From Sporopachydermia quercuum (lineage: Eukaryota), in NCBI GenBank assembly GCA_001599295.1, contig BCGN01000003.1, forward strand, positions 1,426,001 through 1,490,000: a stretch of 64,000 nt of DNA, written 5' to 3'. The notes beneath the pieces were generated by a model. It had not been told where the DNA came from. It ran no database searches and saw nothing but the letters and a program-made list of their open reading frames with translations. Positions 58,718 to 64,000 of the stretch are shown in pieces; positions within the stretch are counted from its first letter, which is position 1, and each line of letters starts with the position of its first letter. A program made the translations under genes and the position numbers.

Positions 58718-61700
58718 ATGGAGCCTGAAAATTCCAAGAGCGTTGTACTGGATCTCCATGAAAGTGGCATAGTAAGTATATCTCACTGTATAGTTATTTC
58801 ATACTATCTACTTGAAAAGATAAAAGAGACCTTTGATTTCGGTAGCTCTTGTCGCAGTTTTTGCATTAATTTCTAACTGGAGTTCTAGGCAGTTTATAAG
58901 CTTGTTAATGGGGAGAAACGAGGCCGTGTTTTTGTAAGCTTTAGCCAAAAGATGGCTACTGTTTATGGAAGGAGAAGTTCAATATTTGGTACCGCGTGGA
59001 GTCCTAGGTGGCCTACGAGTAAGGCTCAGCTGTCAATCACGTGTTTCGGCATTCTCGGATGCTTAACTGTGGACACTGGATATTTATTATCCGTTGTGGC
59101 TCAGACCGTTGTGGCTACTTTCTACGATCGGAATGGCGATCCGCATGAGATTAATAAGGTTAACAGATGCCTGGTGATTCCATTGACCTATTTGGGAGCT
59201 TTGCCGATATTTCAAAAATATTTAGCCTCAATTCAACCAGAAACGGAAAGAGAGGCTAAGCAAAATTTTGGAACAGAATCAGATGAGGAAACAGAACCCG
59301 ATGAAGAAGAACTAAACGAACTTGTTCGCTTTGGAACTAATAAAAGCCTAAAAGATAGTTCAGCTGGCTTCAAAGGGGAACCAACCGATCCAAATTGCTT
59401 GAAATCCACCTTAAGTTTAGAACCGGAAACAATACTGGAAGAACCTAAACAAATATTTGAAGATGTTATTGTTTCTGCTATGGGATTACCTAAAGAACAG
59501 ATAACAAAGCTTAATGAAACTACACACGGTTTGCCGAGCCTACCAGGTTTAACTATCCCTTTAAGGAAATCCTGCGCCGACCCATCGGCAACTACATACA
59601 ATAACCCCATTTCAACTACGGGAGAACTTATTACCGAGTCATCTCAGGGGCCTGATTGGACGTTACTTCGAGACCAGCTTTCGAGGTTGCAATCATCTCC
59701 GGATAAGAAGCCTAAAAGAGGAACGGGCTTAAAGCTTAAATTAAACAATAAGGTTGAACCTAAATCCAGGGTTTCACCGCGTTTGACTAAGAAGTTCGTT
59801 AAAGTTTTAACTTCTATAATCAATTCGGGTTATTTATTTCATTCTGCCACATTAGATATCAGCCACCCGTTATGTTTAGACGAAAATGGGAATATGAGCC
59901 CCCAAATTATCTCAAGCAGGCAACAATTACGCCAAAACAAGTATTTTTTCAATAAAAACATGCTGGGACCTTTTCTACCTTCGGATGTTTCAATTGTGGC
60001 TATTGAAGGCTTTGTTGACTCTTTCCGATTCTCAGTATTTAATTCTAATTTTAATTTTGCCACAACTAAAACAACACAAAATGCCCAATTGGTAGTTATT
60101 TCCAGAAGAAGTACAGAAAGATGTGGNGTTCGATATTTAAGAAGAGGAATAAACGATGAAGGGAATGTGGCTAATTGGGTGGAGACAAATCAGTATTTAA
60201 CTATTGAATCAGCCGAGCCACAGGAGCCACAAGAATCAGTACCTGCATACTATCAAATATTCTCTCGTTACGATATAATTCGCGGCTCTATTCCTCTTTT
60301 CTTTCAACAGAGTTTCTATAAACTTCAACCAACACCCAAAGTAGTATGTCCTGTGACCCAGAAAAGAAGCCGTTTGGCATTCGCCAAACACTTTAATAAT
60401 ATGTTCCAACGATTTGGTTCAGTTCTTGCAATTTCTCTTGTTGAGAAGGAGAATCGGGAAAAAGATCTCGGCACGGCGTATGCCGAAATGGCCGAGATGT
60501 TTATTAAGTATTTGAAAGACAATTCTGGAGAAGATAGTATGGAACACGGAAAAGATAAAGGAAATTTAAGTTCAGAAGCAGATTCCAACAAAGATGCCGC
60601 TGGGAAATCTGAAAATGGGATAGCTGTGGACTCCACGGTCAAATTTGATAGTAATATTGAGGCTAAACTGAGACAGTTTTTTAATTTGGATGATTGGAAA
60701 CCAGGCAAATTCGATTTTGTATGGTTTGATTTCCATAAAGCTTGTAAAGGATTGAAGTTTGAGAATGTGAGCAAACTATTTGAATCGGAAAAGATAGTAG
60801 ATACAATAGCGGAAAAGATAAATGATGAACAGAAAACGGATATAATAGCTTCACCTGATCAAGAACCAGATTTGAATAACAATTCTATTACTGGATCACA
60901 GAACAATACCAGAAACGATAACAAAGCAGAATCTGCGCCAAATTCGCTACGATCAAAGCTGCAATCTTCATCATCACCAGCTTTATTACCATCTTCCTCT
61001 TCAACCTCTAATTTTGCATCACCTCCGATTCCTATTCCTGCTTCAGCGATGGCCCAATTCGGATGGTCCGAGTTTCTAGGATCCGGAAATCAAACTGCAT
61101 TTCAATCCGGCGTTTTTCGTATCAACTGTGTGGACTGTCTAGATAGAACAAACGTTGTTCAGTCAGCTTGTGCTAAACGTTTGGTTTCATTGCAGCTGTC
61201 CAAATGGAAATTCACCCTTTCAGATGTCCAAAGTTTTAACCAGCAGTTAGCTTATCTATGGGCAGATAACGGAGATTATATTTCTCTTCAATATGCATCT
61301 ACAAATGCTCTGAAAGGTGACTTCACTAGAACTTCTAAACGAGATTATCGTGGAATCATTAATGATGCTTTCCTTACATTATCAAGGCTATATTTTGGCA
61401 TAGTAACAGATTTCTTTCTACAATGTACCATTGATTACCTTTTGGGGGTCTCTAAAGACAACTTTCTTGATGTATTTGATACTGATTTAGGCAAAATCAC
61501 GATGGGATTTAACGGGAGCGTTCCTAATAGCGGTACGTTTTCTGCGGCTTCTATCAGTTTATCTTTGACACAGGACATCATTCAACAATGTGTAAACAAC
61601 AACAACGAGACATTGCAAGATGTTCAACAACATCTATGGGTGAAATCATCAATGTGTGAGGAGCCAAGAAAACAGCAATTGAAACCTTGTTTGGTGATAG

Positions 61701-62206
61701 TCACTGGAACATGGTTTTACATATGCGATTTTGAGTTCGGAGAGCAGAGAATTGCTAAGCTACAGACTATAGAGAATAGAGACGTTGAAGGAGTTGAATT
61801 TGGATGTTATTTTGAGAAAAAACTTGGGAAAATGAGTGAAAATCCTGAATGGAACTCAGGATTTGTAATTAGATATCAAAGGAATTCAGAGGGGTATTCA
61901 GAAGATAATTTAAATACCGGAGATGATATTGATAATGATGACGATAACGATAACGGTAAAGATAATGGTGAGGATGAGGTGAACGATAACGGAAATGATC
62001 TTGAGTCAAGCAATTCAGACACTCAAATTGCATTTAAATTCACTGGAATTGGATTCGAAGATGGGAAAAGATTTAGTAAAGAAATTGCATCTATTTTTGG
62101 AGTCGAATTGATAGAAAAAGATATTGTTGGGTTGAAAGAGGCTCAACAAGATACCAGCTTGTTTGATGTTATTGAGTATAGAATGAAGAAGCTTATATGG
62201 ACTTAG
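58718..62206 (+). CDS. Sac-domain phosphoinositide phosphatase, Sac2/INPP5F-like; 2 exons 58718-58771 and 58889-62206
   Basis: ISRRSTERCGVRYLRRG, NVANWVETNQ, RGSIPLFFQQ, FDFHKAC, intact CX5R(T) motif RINCVDCLDRTN, WADNGD. No C-terminal TM pair. Intron GTAAGT(58772)..TTCTAAC..TAG(58888) is in frame. Confidence 0.85.
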
Positions 62207-63367
62207 AAGTGAATTGATAAGGTATGATATAGAGTTGTTGAGAGAATGAATAGTAATGGAATTGGAAAAGAGACAGAAGAAACAGGGAAAGTTGAAACTA
62301 TCACCATTGGGGTGTTTATACAATAGATGTTCATTAAAGGATTGTTTCTCAGGTAGGTTATTCAATATACGTGTAGAGTATAACAGATTAACTGTAAGGT
62401 ACAATGTGTGTTGTTAGGATCGGGAAAGACTCTCAATTATGTTGAAAATAAGCTAGTTGATCAGAAACTCTTATAATTATTTTCCTTATGAAAATTCTGT
62501 AAATATCTCATCACTGTTATAAGTTCTTTTTATATGGTACTTCTACCTTTAACACGGGTTAATGTAAAGTATCCCAAATGAAACCAGTAAGTTAACTAAA
62601 TATTGGACTACTACTTTTCACAGTCATTGTAAAACGTCAATGAAAAACGTATAATGAATAAATTGTGAAATGCAATTTCAATTGGGTACATTAATACGTT
62701 CGTTTTTTCTCATAGCTCAAAACAAAGTAGCTAAAATATACATCATTAATCATTGGTTAAGTATATACTACAGTATACTTTATGATAACAATTGATACTC
62801 TTACACCTCCAATCTTTAATACTTTATATCTAATCATCCATTTAGTGAACCGTACGTTATAAAAGCAAGCAAACATCTGGCAAACACCAGGCACAAATCA
62901 TGGTACCCGTCTGACAATCTAACACTACACTGATTGATTAATTGATTATCTGATAACACATCAGGAGATATTTGGATTCATGGCAAAGAAATGAGATATT
63001 GCACTATTAAACTACTAGGAAATAGTGAATGTATGTTTAGATTATGCACATAAATAAGCACAATAGAACCAGATGTCAATAGAAATGGAAAACGTCAGAG
63101 AAAACAACTTAGAGGTAAACAAGCAAACAAAGAAGCAAAAAAAAAGAAGAAACAAAGAAGCAAGTAAGAAGTAGATAAAAAAAAAGTAAATAGTCACCAA
63201 AATGAAATTAATCAACAAACAAGAGGAATAATAACTAATCCGAAGGTAATATCTTCAAGAAACTAATCATTCCACTAGATTATAACATAGTAAACAGACA
63301 GTTCCTACTATCTCTTTCTAATACACTACCTCTTCCTATTCCTTTTCTCTCTTATCCCTTCCATTAA

Positions 63368-64000
63368 TCATTGTCTTAGTGCATTATTATCACTGAATGG
63401 ATCATTGGAATCAGAAACCCTCAAAGTTGCCATTTCACTTGTTATACTTCCTTCATAGCTTTCATCATCCTCTTCTTCATCTTTGTCATCATCATCCTCT
63501 TCACTATCATCGTAATAAAAGGAATCATCTTCGTCTCCTTCTTCATCATCATCTTCACTTTCTTCGCTATCAGCTAAGTCGTCATCTTTGTTCCTACTTA
63601 ATTCATCATACTTCATCAAAGCTGCCACCAGTTCTTCATTAGCATGAATCAATGACCCTAGATACTCTTCATTTTCAATCACTTGTATATATCTTAGAAC
63701 AGCTCTACGTATCTTCTTACATTTATCAAACCAACCACTAGCAATAGGATCTTCAGTGGAAAGGCTCACATCGCGGTTAATCAGTTGAAGAGAGTTTTGT
63801 AGGTTGGTAGCATTAGTTCCTGCTTCGGCCAAAACGGCTTGGATCTTAGGCTTTTCCTTTTGCAGATCAATTGCAGGCCTCGAGATAACAATCTTCTTAT
63901 GTTTCTTTGAGCCCTTTCTCTTGCTTTTCTTAGTATATTTACTGTGGGTATGTGCAGGAGGTTCCTCAGACAGTTGTATGGTAGTTGATTGACTATGAAC
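63368..64000 (-). CDS. LSB5: LSB5-like VHS/GAT protein, 3' part (runs off the window)
   Basis: Frame is open to the window edge. GAT-like CKKIRRAVLRYIQVIENEEYLGSLIHANEELVAAL, acidic tail and DPF motif. Confidence 0.75.
   Translation of the reverse strand, partial: VHSQSTTIQLSEEPPAHTHSKYTKKSKRKGSKKHKKIVISRPAIDLQKEKPKIQAVLAEAGTNATNLQNSLQLINRDVSLSTEDPIASGWFDKCKKIRRAVLRYIQVIENEEYLGSLIHANEELVAALMKYDELSRNKDDDLADSEESEDDDEEGDEDDSFYYDDSEEDDDDKDEEEDDESYEGSITSEMATLRVSDSNDPFSDNNALRQ

Noticed and set aside
1..64000. tRNA, rRNA or CRISPR features
   Set aside because: No tRNA A/B-box cloverleaf, rRNA-like sequence or repeat-spacer array was seen by eye; tRNAscan-SE and Rfam would be definitive.

Overview
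AT-rich genomic window of a budding yeast (Saccharomycotina). It uses the standard genetic code (CTG falls at invariant Leu positions) and encodes respiratory complex I (NUXM). Scattered single N bases suggest a heterozygous or ambiguous consensus. I find 17 protein genes: SulP/YPR003C-like transporter, SAD1, RPN11, ETF-alpha (AIM45), yapsin-like aspartyl protease, WOR1/MIT1-type WOPR factor, ETF-beta (CIR1), STU2, NUXM, an F-box/JmjC protein, a PSP2/eIF4B-like RRM protein, FMP27/Hobbit, RPL32, MDR1/GYP2, a SEG1/MSC3-like protein, GET3 and a Sac2-like phosphatase. A partial LSB5-like gene runs off the right edge. Reading splice signals by hand corrects the ORF track, giving 9 coding-region introns and 2-3 5'UTR introns. 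No tRNA, rRNA, transposon or CRISPR is supportable. Main observations: (1) patchy, frame-independent CCG/CGG enrichment inside long gene bodies; (2) both ETF subunits linked in one block with shared promoter motifs; (3) a 6 kb gene-free, inverted-repeat-rich region upstream of WOR1, next to genes whose S. cerevisiae orthologues flank CEN6/CEN16; (4) symmetric, frame-preserving small exons in the PSP2-like gene. All homology calls are from memory of motifs; no searches were run.
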